The notes under the pieces: generated by a model
Seen by the model: only the letters and a program-made list of their open reading frames with translations
The model's database searches: none
What the model was told of the DNA's origin: nothing
Program-made: the position numbers and the translations under genes
In this document: positions 11,217 through 23,037 of the stretch, piece after piece
How positions within the stretch are numbered: position 1 is the first letter of the stretch
Layout of the letters: the number at the start of each line of letters is the position of its first letter
DNA from: Saprolegnia diclina VS20
Taxonomy: Eukaryota
DNA length: 57,436 nt
Direction of reading: 5' to 3'
NCBI RefSeq assembly: GCF_000281045.1
Contig: NW_008246073.1
Location: 409,343-466,778 of the forward strand

Positions 11217-12777
11217 GGCAGCTCTGTGTATCTGTGGCCTTGGACGCACGTTCTCTTCTGGCCATCCTCGGATCTTTGCCCGGCAGGTGCATCCGGATAC
11301 ATGAGACGTTGATGGGCATGGTGCAACTCCCTCATATTCGACCTACTGATTTTGAAGACGGGGAATGCTTTCTTTTTCTGCCCTAGGAATATGGAAACAA
11401 GGCTTGTTGCGTTGCAAAACGGGAATATGCCTGAGCTATGCCGGATACCGAGCTACTGCAAGAACGCGGACGGGCCACACGACTTGTTGAAGCAAGCACA
11501 AGCTACTAATGGAAGTGGGCTGCGTGCTGGGTTCTGACGAGCAGAGTCGACGGGGCAAGATCCTCGGTTTGCCTGGCGGAGCGTTTTTTTGGCGGTCGAC
11601 TTGGATCAAGACGCGGAGGAGGCTCGGCTCGTCCCAGCGTTGGACTGCAGATGGACTCGAATGATTGAGAGGTGGCCAAGTGTGACGAGGGCATCCCACA
11701 CTACACCCACGCGTCCCACCCTCTATTTGGTTACGCATTAGTATTCTAGTGTTGACGATCGTTCTGCAAGTCCATCATCGACTGCCGGTGGCCGTCGGTA
11801 TCACACAGAGCAAGCGAACAAGCCATCGGAGGCTGCTTGGGTGGCGCAGCTTGGTCCTGTCCCTTTGAAAATTTACGCGCCTCGGTGGGAGGATGTGGCT
11901 ACTCGGTAGCAGGTGCGCTGACGGCGATGTTCGAAAGGTTGCATCTTCGCAGCGACATGCACCTTCTCGCGACCGATAGTTGAAGGCGGAGCTTCTCATT
12001 CACGCACCGTGTGGAGCTACCTATTATGGTCTGCGTGGGTTGAAAGGCGAACGTCCTGACTGCTTCCGTCGCAGAACGGAAGCTCCTTCTCAGGACCACC
12101 CGCAGATCCCACGGCCGCGCAGAAGTGACTCCGAAGAACGGCACCTTCGTTTCCTGTCTGTTTTCACGTCTTGTCGCAATCCAGACATCAATAGAAGCGT
12201 GCGGGGACAAAATATCGTTGAGGACGACCGGTTCAATCATTGGCCAACGTAATTCCTCCCTAGACAAGCGAGGCTAGCGCAGGGAAGCAAGCAACGGCGT
12301 AAAGGTGTAACACGTCAATCGCGCAGGCCGTTTTGTGCCGTTCCTGGCGATGAAGCTCTTGATGAACGGTGATCCAAAGACACAGCGTCACGCGTTTGCA
12401 AGAAACTACGTAAATTCTGAAGCATGCACAAGCAACTGAGAATGTTGATGGCCATAAGATGTGTATTTTTGCTCAATGTCGACATTTCTCGGTATCGATT
12501 CATTCAGCTGGTATCCATGAGGGTGCTCTAAATTAGCTTCCAGGGCCACAACGCTACTCGTATGCACCAACGTTGAACCAAGCGCCAAAGTCGCAAATAA
12601 TTGGAAGGAACGGGCCGGGCCACACCTAGAGTCGAGCCCCTATCGACATTGTACTACTTCCTTCCTAAACCATGAGAACTCGCTGGGGGTCTCAACCTGT
12701 TGTCCGAGGAGACGCGATGGATGCTGACTACGAGCGTCTTTCTTGGCACCGCGCTGGGAGGGCATGCAAACAGCATT

Positions 12778-12793
12778 TCACTTTTCGATTCTC
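12778..12793 (+). promoter_or_regulatory. Oomycete initiator (INR)-like core promoter of peptide gene
   Basis: TCACTTT matches the oomycete YCAYTYY initiator 30 nt upstream of the ATG at 12808, followed by a pyrimidine-rich FPR-like stretch. Confidence 0.4.
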
Positions 12794-12807
12794 GACGCTC
12801 CAGCAAC

Positions 12808-13038
12808 ATGAAGACGACAATCTTGATGGCGGCGCTCTGTGCCTTGGCGACGGCTGACGTGGCTCCAATGGCGGGTGGTGCACCGGCTCTCAAGGGTGCT
12901 GGGACGGACGAGAAGGCGAAGCAGCAAGAGTGGTTTGGCTTTTCTCGCTTTGGCGTCGGGTTTCCCTTCTACGGCGGTTTTGGCTGCGGCGGCGGCTGTG
13001 GCTGCGGTGGCTGGGGCTGCGGTGGCTGGGGCTGGTAG
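12808..13038 (+). CDS. Small secreted Gly/Cys/Trp-rich peptide precursor (76 aa), copy 1
   Basis: MKTTILMAALCALATA is signal-peptide-like, followed by a spacer ending EKAKQQE and the C-terminal WFGFSRFGVGFPFYGGFGCGGGCGCGGWGCGGWGW. Start context is CAACATG, with an INR-like motif upstream. Confidence 0.85.
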   Translation: MKTTILMAALCALATADVAPMAGGAPALKGAGTDEKAKQQEWFGFSRFGVGFPFYGGFGCGGGCGCGGWGCGGWGW

Positions 13039-13429
13039 AGACGACCGCTTCGTACTTTGATTGCGCGCTCCAGGCGACTATCGGTAGTAAGAATCGAACA
13101 CGTTTTCTGTGCAGAGTGCATTGTAGCCACATTGAACGAATGGGACACGGTCGGTCGCCAAGCAAACACTACTAGCAGCTGTAGAGTCGATGGATATACT
13201 CCCAGATATACTAGTACTGCTGTGGTATTCGGGGACGGTATCCCAGTGTAGCGAGGGTGGAACCTGTCGACGCCTTTTTAGGATATTAAAAGCTGTGCAG
13301 ATTGAGTCGTTTAAGGGAATCTCAATGTACATTCATTTGCCGGACACACTTCAGCCGAGACTGCAGCCAGGGACTACCAGGTTTTGGTGTAACAATTATA
13401 GGTAAGCAAGGACTTGCGATAAAAAAGTT

Positions 13430-13501
13430 TGCGCCGCCGGGGAATTGAACCCCGACCCCATCTTTGGAAGAGATGGATCCTAACCATTAGACCAACGGCG
13501 C
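13430..13501 (-). tRNA. tRNA-Gly(TCC)
   Basis: GCGCCGTTGGTCTAATGGTTAGGATCCATCT-CTTCCAA-AGATGGGGTCGGGGTTCAATTCCCCGGCGGCGCA folds as a cloverleaf with anticodon TCC, followed by an oligo-T terminator. Confidence 0.96.
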
Positions 13502-14177
13502 TAGATGAACATGTCACAGTAAAAATGAGGTTGTATATTTCCAATACCGATTCGAAAGCCGTTAACGTTTATGCGAAGCGCACAGCACCTCTCGTCCATT
13601 CAAATAGTGAGCGAATTGTAAAGAACAGGTGCGGCACCATGTAAACGAAGTCAGTGCGATATGCGGTAAGCACGCAAGAACTCGCGCTGCATCACACTAG
13701 CAAGGACGCAAATACACCGTTTTTGCTGCCCTTGATTGTCGATGATGATGCATCGTTTAACCGGATACGTCGAAACTTGCTGGGACCGGCTGCTTCACAT
13801 CGGACGTGCAATAGCATTACTGCGGTACATGTACTCACATGGGTACCCTGTAATACGATGGTACACGAGGTATTCAGTGCGTGCAACGCCATGTATTATT
13901 TTTGGGGTACCCCCAAGATACACGGTGCGGCCCCCCAGGCAGCCGTATCCGGTTATAACCGGACATGGGGTCAGGCGGGACCCGGGACGATTGAATGCCA
14001 ATAGGCGCCCGTAGATGGACTTCATGGGGTAATTATGGGACATACCAGTCATTATAAGTGTTATGAAACAATTTTTAATTACAAATGTATCTCAAAATGG
14101 CAATTTGATGGCCATAAAATGTCTGAATGTAAGCTGAACCAGTTGATACTTTTCATGATGTTAGTAGTCGTGGAAAT

Positions 14178-14259
14178 GTCAGTGTGACCGAGCGGTCCAA
14201 GGTGCTAGACTCAAGTTCTAGTGTGTTCGCACTCGCGGGTTCAAATCCCGCCGCTGACA
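14178..14259 (+). tRNA. tRNA-Leu(CAA)
   Basis: GTCAGTGTGACCGAGCGGTCCAAGGTGCTAGA-CTCAAGT-TCTAGTGTGTTCGCACTCGCGGGTTCAAATCCCGCCGCTGACA: long variable arm, anticodon CAA, TTTT downstream. Confidence 0.96.
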
Positions 14260-14776
14260 GAATTCCTTTTGTTTACATTACAAGACTCTGAGTGGGGACA
14301 TGGCTGCATAACGTAGCAGCGGCACCACCTTGCCATCACACGAACGCACATTTAAGAGTATTTTTTCCTTGCCCTCTCTTTGCGCAGTGCAATCGGTAGC
14401 ATTGCAATGCGTTCAAAACTTGCTTCTACTTCGTACGCAGCTATTGACTATCATAATATCTGTCCGAATTTCAGACAGGTATACGCACGCGAGACGCACA
14501 GTACGTACGCGAAGACTCATCGTTTTTTATTTTGGTTTTGGTTCTTGCTCACCTGATTTGAACGCAGACACGTTGGCTCGATAAATTGATGCGAGCTCAA
14601 AAAAAATACTGCCTGAATGTGTCGGTGACTTGTTTCGTAAGTATGAGATAGCGCGAACACAACATTCCAGAAATACTAGTACTAGTACAGGTAACTAACC
14701 ATTTCTAGCATTTTTAGGTTACAATCTACTGCAACTTGTTTTGATATATTCATCAAATATTTTGCCGTATCGTCAA

Positions 14777-14848
14777 GCGCCGTTGGTCTAATGGTTAGGA
14801 TCCATCTCTTCCAAAGATGGGGTCGGGGTTCAATTCCCCGGCGGCGCA
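14777..14848 (+). tRNA. tRNA-Gly(TCC)
   Basis: Same 72-nt sequence as 13430-13501 in the opposite orientation, followed by a T-run. Confidence 0.96.
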
Positions 14849-16415
14849 TATTTTTGTCTGAGCTTTGCTTCCATAGCCATCCCGATAACACTTGCACGGC
14901 TCCATGTACACAAGGGTCTATAAACTGTTTATAACCTTCACATCGATATATTCCCATGTGTCTCCCTTTGTGGTGACATCGCGGTCTGTACGATGGCGAG
15001 CCCCACAGGATAATAATATTAGATACGCTTGCACCAAGCATTTGACAACGTTTGATACGCAGCGATTATTATTGATCAATTATCAAAATCACCATCTGAA
15101 ATCAAAACGACTACCAGTACTATAAAACGTTCAATGGCCGAGGACAGAGCATGAGCCCTGGAAAGGTTGCCCGCCGCGGCGCAGCGGAGGTACGGTAGGG
15201 TGGTAAGTTTAGAGTAGCCTATGTCTTGCTGAGGGAGAACCCATTGGTCTGGCTTGGTATTGACAAGGCCATAAAAATATCCATGACCATATCAATACCG
15301 CTACCAACCTAGGCGAATTGTCTTCTTGGTTGACGGAATCTGTTTGATGGAAGGTCCCAAGGGTTTTCCGGATATGATTAGCGCTTGAACGGAGTCCGTA
15401 AATATTATGGCCTTGGCACACCGAAAGCACCGAGACCAATAAACGTAGCGATTCGCATGAGGGCTTCTAGCAGGGCGACAACGAAGGTAACGTTATGGAA
15501 GTTATAAGACTCGCGACAAACAATGTAAAAGGACGCTCCAGCGAGGACACGAAACACAATGCAACCGAGTGATTGCGTCGCAACATTACCTCCGGTAAGT
15601 AGACTAGGCATAGGGCAACAGCTATCTCAAGATCTCGTACTTTATGGCCCTTCTAGAGACAACATTTTTTACAAGAAAATGAAGAGAGCCAACATGCGAT
15701 CGCATTTGTTGCGTCTGTTTTTTTTTTAGCCACGTCCAGTCGGCTGGCTCAATTGGCTGGGCCAATGCAAGCATGTATCGCTGGAGAGCCAGGAAAACTC
15801 TGAGGAAGACCTCGAAGTATGAATTCAAAAGGCATTTACTACCATTGTTTATTCCATATCGAGGGTGAAACAGTACTGTACAATTTGTTGTCTAAAGAGA
15901 CATTAGTTCCGAACCTGCTTCTGTGGCGTAGCAAAACACAAACTGTCTGCTTCTCGAGAGATGGCTAGCCGTGTGTTGCGTTTTGGCATAATTTTATCTT
16001 TGCTTTACCTGGTAAGGTAGGCAAGTGTCACATAAACAAATTAGCTCAGGGTCGGTCCAGTCGCTAATATAAACCGCGAGACAATTCAGCTGCTAGTGTC
16101 TTTAGGAAGCCGAGCGCGATCTGATCCTTGGTGGCCGTGCGAACCTCTTGCTCTTTCTAACTTTTTGGATGGTGATTTTGATAATCGATCAATAATAATC
16201 GCTGCGTATCAAACGTTGTCAAATGCTTGAAGCAAGCATATCTAATATTATTATCCAGTGGGGCTCGCCATCGTACAGACCGCGATGTCACCACAAAGGG
16301 GGACACATGGGAATATATCGATGTGAAGGTTATAAACAGTTTATAGACCCTTGTGTACATGGAGCCGTGCAAGTGTTATCGGGATAGCTATCGAAGCAAA
16401 GCTCAGACAAAAATA

Positions 16416-16487
16416 TGCGCCGCCGGGGAATTGAACCCCGACCCCATCTTTGGAAGAGATGGATCCTAACCATTAGACCAACGGCGC
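16416..16487 (-). tRNA. tRNA-Gly(TCC)
   Basis: Mirror copy of 14777-14848, identical tRNA body. Confidence 0.96.
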
Positions 16488-17000
16488 TTGACGATACGGC
16501 AAAATATTTGATGAATATATCAAAACAAGTTGCAGTAGATTGTAACCTAAAAATGCTAGAAATGGTTAGTTACCTGTACTAGTACTAGTATTTCTGGAAT
16601 GTTGTGTTCGCGCTATCTCATACTTACGAAACAAGTCACCGACACATTCAGGCAGTATTTTTTTTGAGCTCGCATCAATTTATCGAGCCAACGTGTCTGC
16701 GTTCAAATCAGGTGAGCAAGAACCAAAACCAAAATAAAAACGGAGTCTTCGCGTCCGTACAGTACGTCTCGCGTCCGTATACCTGTCTGAAATTCGGACA
16801 GATATTATGATAGTCAATAGCTGCGTACGAAGTAGAAGCAAGTTTTGAACGCATTGCAATGCTACCGATTGCACTGCGCAAAGAAAGGGCAAGGAAAAAT
16901 ACTCTTAAATATGCGTTCGTGTGATGGCAAGGTGGTGCCGCTGCTACGTTATGCAGCCATGTCCCCACTCAGAGTCTTGTAATGTAAACAAAAGGAATTC

Positions 17001-17082
17001 TGTCAGCGGCGGGATTTGAACCCGCGAGTGCGAACACACTAGAACTTGAGTCTAGCACCTTGGACCGCTCGGTCACACTGAC
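17001..17082 (-). tRNA. tRNA-Leu(CAA)
   Basis: Mirror copy of 14178-14259. Confidence 0.96.
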
Positions 17083-17768
17083 ATTTCCACGACTACTAAC
17101 ATCATGAAAAGTATCAACTGGTTCAGCTTACATTCAGACATTTTATGGCCATCAAATTGCCATTTTGAGATACATTTGTAATTAAAAATTGTTTCATAAC
17201 ACTTATACTGACTGGTATATCCCATAATTACTCCATGAAGTCCATCTACGGGCGCCTATTGGCATTCAATCGTCCCGGGTCCCGCCTGACCCCATGTCCG
17301 GCTATAACCGGATACGGCTGCCTGGGGGGCCGCACCGTGTATCTTGGGGGTACCCCAAAAATAATACATGGCGTTGCACGCACTGAATACCTCGTGTACC
17401 ATCGTATTACAGGGTACCCATGTGAGTACATGTACCGCAGTAATGCTATTGCACGTCCGATGTGAAGCAGCCGGTCCCAGCAAGTTTCGACGTATCCGGT
17501 TAAACGATGCATCATCATCGACAATCAAGGGCAGCAAAAACGGTGTATTTGCGTCCTTGCTAGTGTGATGCAGCGCGAGTTCTTGCGTGCTTACCGCATA
17601 TCGCACTGACTTCGTTTACATGGTGCCGCGCCTGTTGTTTACAATTCGCTCACTATTTGAATGGATGAGAGGTGCTGTGCACTTCCCATAAACGTTAACA
17701 AAATTCACAGCTTTCGAATCGGTATTTGGAAATATATAAACTTATTTTACATGTGACATGTTCATGTA

Positions 17769-17840
17769 GCGCCGTTGGTCTAATGGTTAGGATCCATCTC
17801 TTCCAAAGATGGGGTCGGGGTTCAATTCCCCGGCGGCGCA
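17769..17840 (+). tRNA. tRNA-Gly(TCC)
   Basis: Mirror copy of 13430-13501, followed by ACTTTTTT. Confidence 0.96.
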
Positions 17841-18231
17841 AACTTTTTTATCGCAAGTCCTTGCTTACCTATAATTGTTACACCAAAACCTGGTAGTCCC
17901 TGGCTGCAGTCTCGGCTGAAGTGTGTCCGGCAAATGAATGTACATTGAGATTCCCTTAAACGACTCAATCTGCACAGCTTTTAATATCCTAAAAAGGCGT
18001 CGACAGGTTCCACCCTCGCTACACTGGGATACCGTCCCCGAATACCACAGCAGTACTAGTATATCTGGGAGTATATCCATCGACTCTACAGCTGCTAGTA
18101 GTGTTTGCTTGGCGACCGACCGTGTCCCATTCGTTCAATGTGGCTACAATGCACTCTGCACAGAAAACGTGTTCGATTCTTACTACCGATAGTCGCCTGG
18201 AGCGCGCAATCAAAGTACGAAGCGGTCGTCT

Positions 18232-18462
18232 CTACCAGCCCCAGCCACCGCAGCCCCAGCCACCGCAGCCACAGCCGCCGCCGCAGCCAAAACCGCCATA
18301 GAAGGGAAACCCGACGCCAAAGCGAGAAAAGCCAAACCACTCTTGCTGCTTCGCCTTCTCGTCCGTCCCAGCACCCTTGAGAGCCGGAGCACCACCCGCC
18401 ATTGGAGCCACGTCAGCCGTCGCCAAGACACAGAGCGCCGCCATCAAGATTGTCGTCTTCAT
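18232..18462 (-). CDS. Small secreted Gly/Cys/Trp-rich peptide precursor, copy 2
   Basis: Mirror of 12808-13038. One amino-acid change in the signal peptide (CALATA to CVLATA) and two synonymous changes (GCA/GCT, TAC/TAT). Confidence 0.85.
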   Translation of the reverse strand: MKTTILMAALCVLATADVAPMAGGAPALKGAGTDEKAKQQEWFGFSRFGVGFPFYGGFGCGGGCGCGGWGCGGWGW

Positions 18463-18956
18463 GTTGCTGGAGCGTCGAGAATCGAAAAGTGAAATGCTGT
18501 TTGCATGCCCTCCCAGCGCGGTGCCAAGAAAGACGCTCGTAGTCAGCATCCATCGCGTCTCCTCGGACAACAGGTTGAGACCCCCAGCGAGTTCTCATGG
18601 TTTAGGAAGGAAGTAGTACAATGTCGATAGGGGCTCGACTCTAGGTGTGGCCCGGCCCGTTCCTTCCAATTATTTGCGACTTTGGCGCTTGGTTCAACGT
18701 TGCTAGCGTTGTTGCGTGTGGCGATATACGAGCATAGTCCGTCCAGCTTTTGTATTTGCTCCTAGTGTTGCAATGCATATGAATCACAGCATATGACACA
18801 TTCATCACTGGGCTCGAGCGCCATACTATAAATCACTATAAATATAGCAACTCAAACGAAGGAACATGAATGTATTTACTAGTGTGCTTCGAGCTCAAAC
18901 GCCTGCTCGTCAGTAAAACATCATAGACATAGGCTGTATTGGGAGGCTTACTACAG

Positions 18957-21589
18957 TCAGGTTGATGACGACGACGCGTGAAAGTACGATGGCAAGATCT
19001 CGAACGGACTTGTCATCGCACCGCCAAGGAATTCGCGCCGAACTTTCTTGGAGCCGTCAATCTCAATGGGTGTCTGCGTCACGCTCAAGAGCACACCTTC
19101 GTCGTCGTCGTCATCGTCGCCGTCATCACCAATCGACCGTCCCAAGCGCGGCAGTACCTCTTCGTGAACCACCACACCATGGTCGCTAAATACTTGGCCC
19201 TGGAGCGCAGCGTGCAAATCGTCCGTCTTGGACTCGAGCATCGAGACCTTGGAGAGAAGCGCTGAGTTGAGCTCCATTTGACGCTGCAGCTCGAGGGTCG
19301 TATCCGAGAGCTGGACTTGGAGCGCGACTTGGTGCTCTGCAACGTCTTTCGCCCACGCCGTCTAGTCAATGAGATCAGGTGCGAAGACTATGGTGGTCAC
19401 AAACCTGGTCGGTCATGGATGGGTCCACGTGTTCGAGCGACCGAAGGTAAAAGAGCGACCAAATGGACAGCGTGCTCAAGTGCCACTTGAGCCGCAAAAC
19501 AGCGGGTGACTTGGTGTTGACGACGTCTTTTTGCGGCGGCATGTAAAACGGGTTGCGAAAGTCCCCGGACGCCGCAGCGACTTGCTCGAGGCGATGCCAC
19601 AGCGAAGGGCACCGCGCAGCCACACGCGCCTTCTACAAGGCTCTCTTTAGCGGCTGTTGCTAGACGTCGATTCCTCGTACCATGCGCTGCTCGTCGCAGT
19701 CAAAGAGGAACGTGCCCGTACGCCGCGCGTACACTTCGTCGACAATCGCCATGAGATAACTAACGTTGCATGGTGAAATCGTCCAGTCGAGTGGCTATAG
19801 ACGCACCGCTCGTTGAACTCGAACGAGCATGGCGCTTGCTGCGTCATTTGCCAGACCGCGTCGATGAATTGCACAAAGACAGGCGACGTCTGCTCGTCGT
19901 CCCAGTAGTACCCGACGGGCTTTTTTGCCTGGCTCGACGGCTTGAGACCGCAACGCGACTCAAAGCGGTGCCCGAACGCGACCCACTCGTGCTGCACGAG
20001 GAGCGCAAAGCCCTCGAGCGTCCGATAGTACGGGTCGCACGCAATCTTGATGAGCGACATGATCTGCGCCGTGCGATCCCAGCCGTCGCTGCAGTGTACG
20101 ACCAGCGACGCGCGCTCGTCGACAAGCTTTTCGACCCCCATGGCCGCTGCCACCAAGACGGATCGAACGTGCTCGAGCCAGCGCGTGCTCTACGCAGCAT
20201 TGTGCGTTCAATTGATAGGCAAAAACCCGTACCTCGAGCGACGAGAGCCAATTAGCGCGCTCCGAGCCGCGGACTTCCCCCTTGACGAGCTCAAAGAGTC
20301 GGCGGATCGAGTCGCGCATCGAATGAATGTTTTCGATGTTCATAAAGAGCAGCGGTACGTTGTTGTAAAACTCAGCTCTACACAGAGCCCTTGTCAGAGC
20401 TGCTCTCAAGAAGGTGAGCGCGTACATTTCAAAGCCGGCGCCAAGCGCGACGTTGCCGTACGCGCTGGTCTACAGACATGACGCGTTCCATGATGTCATG
20501 AGAAGAATTTGCGAGTAAGTACCTGATGTCGGCAGTCGATGATGTACAAGCGACCATGCGCTTGCTCTTGCAAGATGCGCATGTAGCGCTCGTCGTGGTT
20601 GCAGCGCCGCCGACGGAGGCCCACGAGGGGCTGCGCGCAGCGCGCGAGGATCGCGTCCGAGTCGGCATGCCGGTACGTGATGACAGGCACGCGGCCTTTG
20701 GCTCGAAAGTGGCCGATCGCTTGGAGCTCGGCGTCGCCAATGGCCCGGGGCACCGCGAGCAACGTCGGGTACGTCGGGCACACACGGAACACTTGGTTGA
20801 TGTGCGAGAGTCGGAAGGCGCCACTGTCCCGAGTCCCAGGAACCACGATACCCTGGCGCACCATATCTTGCTCGATAAGCGCTTCAACGTCGACGGCACT
20901 GTCGTGGTGGCGGTCGGTATCGGCGCACGCAAACGCAAGCGGCGCAATTTGATGCACGCTGTCGAGCGCATCCAAAAGCCGGTTGTAAAACGAGCTACGA
21001 CATCAACGACGTTGACACGTGACAGTAGACACACGCAAACCTGAGGCCAAAGGTCGAAGCGACTTCGAAGCGGACGATGCAAAAGTTCTTGCAAGCGACT
21101 TCGAGGTGGTGCTTGATCGTGTCGAGGTCCTTCGGGTACTCGTTGATGCCGAGCGAATAGCCCACGCTGCTGATCGTGCTCATGTTGGCACGCTCGTCCT
21201 GCAAGAGGATCTCGGCAATGTTGCAGAGAGGAACGTCCACGAGCGTCGAGTGCAGCATCGACTTCTACCAAGCATCGATGAGAACGCTTTGAGGCCAAGA
21301 ATGCGCACCGGGTGGGGCACGAAGAGAAGACGATACGTCGTCAAGCAGAGAAAGCCTCGTTGCAGCATCCGCTGCGGCGAGACGTACACGACCGGCGCCT
21401 TGGCCTGGATCATCTCGCCGTAGTACATGTCGTTGGCGTCGAGGGCAAGGCTCGATGGAGGGATCACCTGCGCTCATGCATGGAACGTGGCGCATACGTG
21501 GTGAGCATGTCTACCTCGTGGGCGGCTTCATGCGTCTCGACCGACGTCCACGAGTCTTCCTCGAGGCTCACGGAGCGGTGGTGGTCCAT
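18957..21589 (-). CDS. Myotubularin-related phosphoinositide 3-phosphatase (multi-exon)
   Basis: Catalytic VHCSDGWDRT, GFALLVQHEWVAFGHRF, SPVFVQFIDAVWQ, VCPTYP and ENIHSMRDS motifs. The N-terminus is GRAM-like (GFLCLTTYRLLF) and there is a C-terminal coiled-coil-like segment. ATG at 21589. Confidence 0.93.
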
Positions 21590-23037
21590 GGCGCGACCAG
21601 CGACTTGACCGAATATCTTCTGTTTCGGCTGTAGGCCAATTTCCCTTTTTGGCCAATTATAGGCCGTACGAACATGGGTATTTTAGCCAATGGCATCCTA
21701 CAAGGGGCATCAACCTCAACACATAAATAGTGTACGATACATCGATTTACATGGAGGTCCGTTGCCCCATTGACCCTTTAGAGAGGTTTACATCGCTATA
21801 GCCATGGTAACTGGTATGTTTTGAGCTCACTTCGAGGCTCGGATTCCGTACACATCGGCTCGATACTATCGTACTCGGATACCTCCATGTCCAACACTAT
21901 ATTGTTACCGAAATTCCACAAAGATCGGCCTGACGACGAACCGGCGCGTAAAGATCGCCAACCAACACGGTTCACTGGCACTGGAGTAGAGCTTGCTGTT
22001 GTGGCGACCAAAGGCGTGCCAACGTATGATCCGCACAAGCGTGCTGCCACTTCGGTAGGAATCAACGCACCGTTTAAAAGCCATGTTCACAACGCCATAG
22101 CCGCCATACCCGCTAGCTCCATGTCCGACACTACACCATCAGAAATGGCTCGAGTGGGCTTGTGCTCAATTGTCGTTCTGCCTTTCTGTGTTTCTATCTT
22201 TCTGCTTGCTCGGCCGTTTGCGGAATCAAGAAAACCTTGTTCACTTTTTGGGAAACGACGCTTCTGCAATTGAGTTGTTCGTGATGGCACTGCATGGTGC
22301 TCTTGGTGTCCCGATGCAACTAGCCACGGCACTAGGAAAACATCATAGAGCCAGCCCGCCACTTGCATGTTTAGGGTTCCCATCGCTCTTCCTCACAACG
22401 CTGATTTTGAATGCGTCCCAACTCGCATGAAGAAGACCTGCACGAGTAGCATGACTCCTCGTCCGCAGCACGTGGCAGCTTTACGCGGAAGGCGTTGCAA
22501 ATCAGACAAGAAAACGACAGAAAGGGCACTTGTGTAAAGGTGCGAAGTTAGGACCCAAACCAGACCGACGACACGGTATTATGGCGCGACTACACCTGGG
22601 TCCATCGTGGCTAATTCGCGTGTAGCTTGCTGATTCTGTGGCGGCGCGTAATGCCCAACGAGAGACGTGGACCAGCTGGCGTCAGATCAGATTCACCACT
22701 GCCGCAAAGGGCAGCGCGTACTCAGAATTCTCATCTCTGAGAACGGGACGAATGGACCAGACAGGCTCCGACGTGTAACTCACTTGCATCGTGTTTGATA
22801 TGGGTACACGTGTCGAGCTTCCAGAGGACTGTGCCGGCCAGCCCTGTCGGTAGGCGGCTTGGCGGAAGCGCTACTAGTGCGTGACATATCGTGCTCGATA
22901 AAGACGATATGACTAGAGCTGCAGACTGAATGAATATTGCGTCACGTTACTATACACTGCGAGGAGTTGTCCAAGGAGACAATGTGGTTGGAAATGGCTT
23001 TTTAGACCGGCGAATAAGTTAGCGTCCGCGCTTGCGG

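Larger units (their letters stand above)
12568..15096. repeat. Left arm of large inverted repeat (palindrome)
   Basis: Runs from CAACGTTGAACCAAGCGCC at 12568 to ...CAAAATCACCATC at 15096. It is the near-identical reverse complement of 16168-18702. Confidence 0.97.
16168..18702. repeat. Right arm of large inverted repeat (palindrome)
   Basis: Reverse complement of 12568-15096 with scattered substitutions and small indels (e.g. ~8 extra nt near 17700). Confidence 0.97.

Noticed and set aside
11340..12560. Short ORFs upstream of the ankyrin kinase
   Set aside because: No motif or codon-bias support; cannot call a gene or pseudogene from sequence alone.
13429..13644. ORFs containing MRRRGIEPRPHLWKRW (also 14682-15041)
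   Set aside because: These are antisense translations of tRNA-Gly genes.
13654..14052. Short ORFs duplicated in both arms (also 17235-17606)
   Set aside because: Conservation is explained by the DNA duplication; non-ATG starts and no recognisable protein features.
12808..14848. Idea that the adjacent tRNA-Gly(TCC) genes supply codons for the Gly-rich peptide
   Set aside because: The peptide uses GGC and GGT almost exclusively, with two GGG and no GGA codons, so tRNA-Gly(TCC) is not its main decoder.
12568..18702. Palindrome as a DNA transposon with long terminal inverted repeats
   Set aside because: No transposase-like ORF in the spacer or arms, no evident target-site duplication at the outer ends, and the arms contain host-type genes.
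21796..22430. 150-aa ORF 21821-22273 and neighbours
   Set aside because: No recognisable homology or motif; left uncalled.
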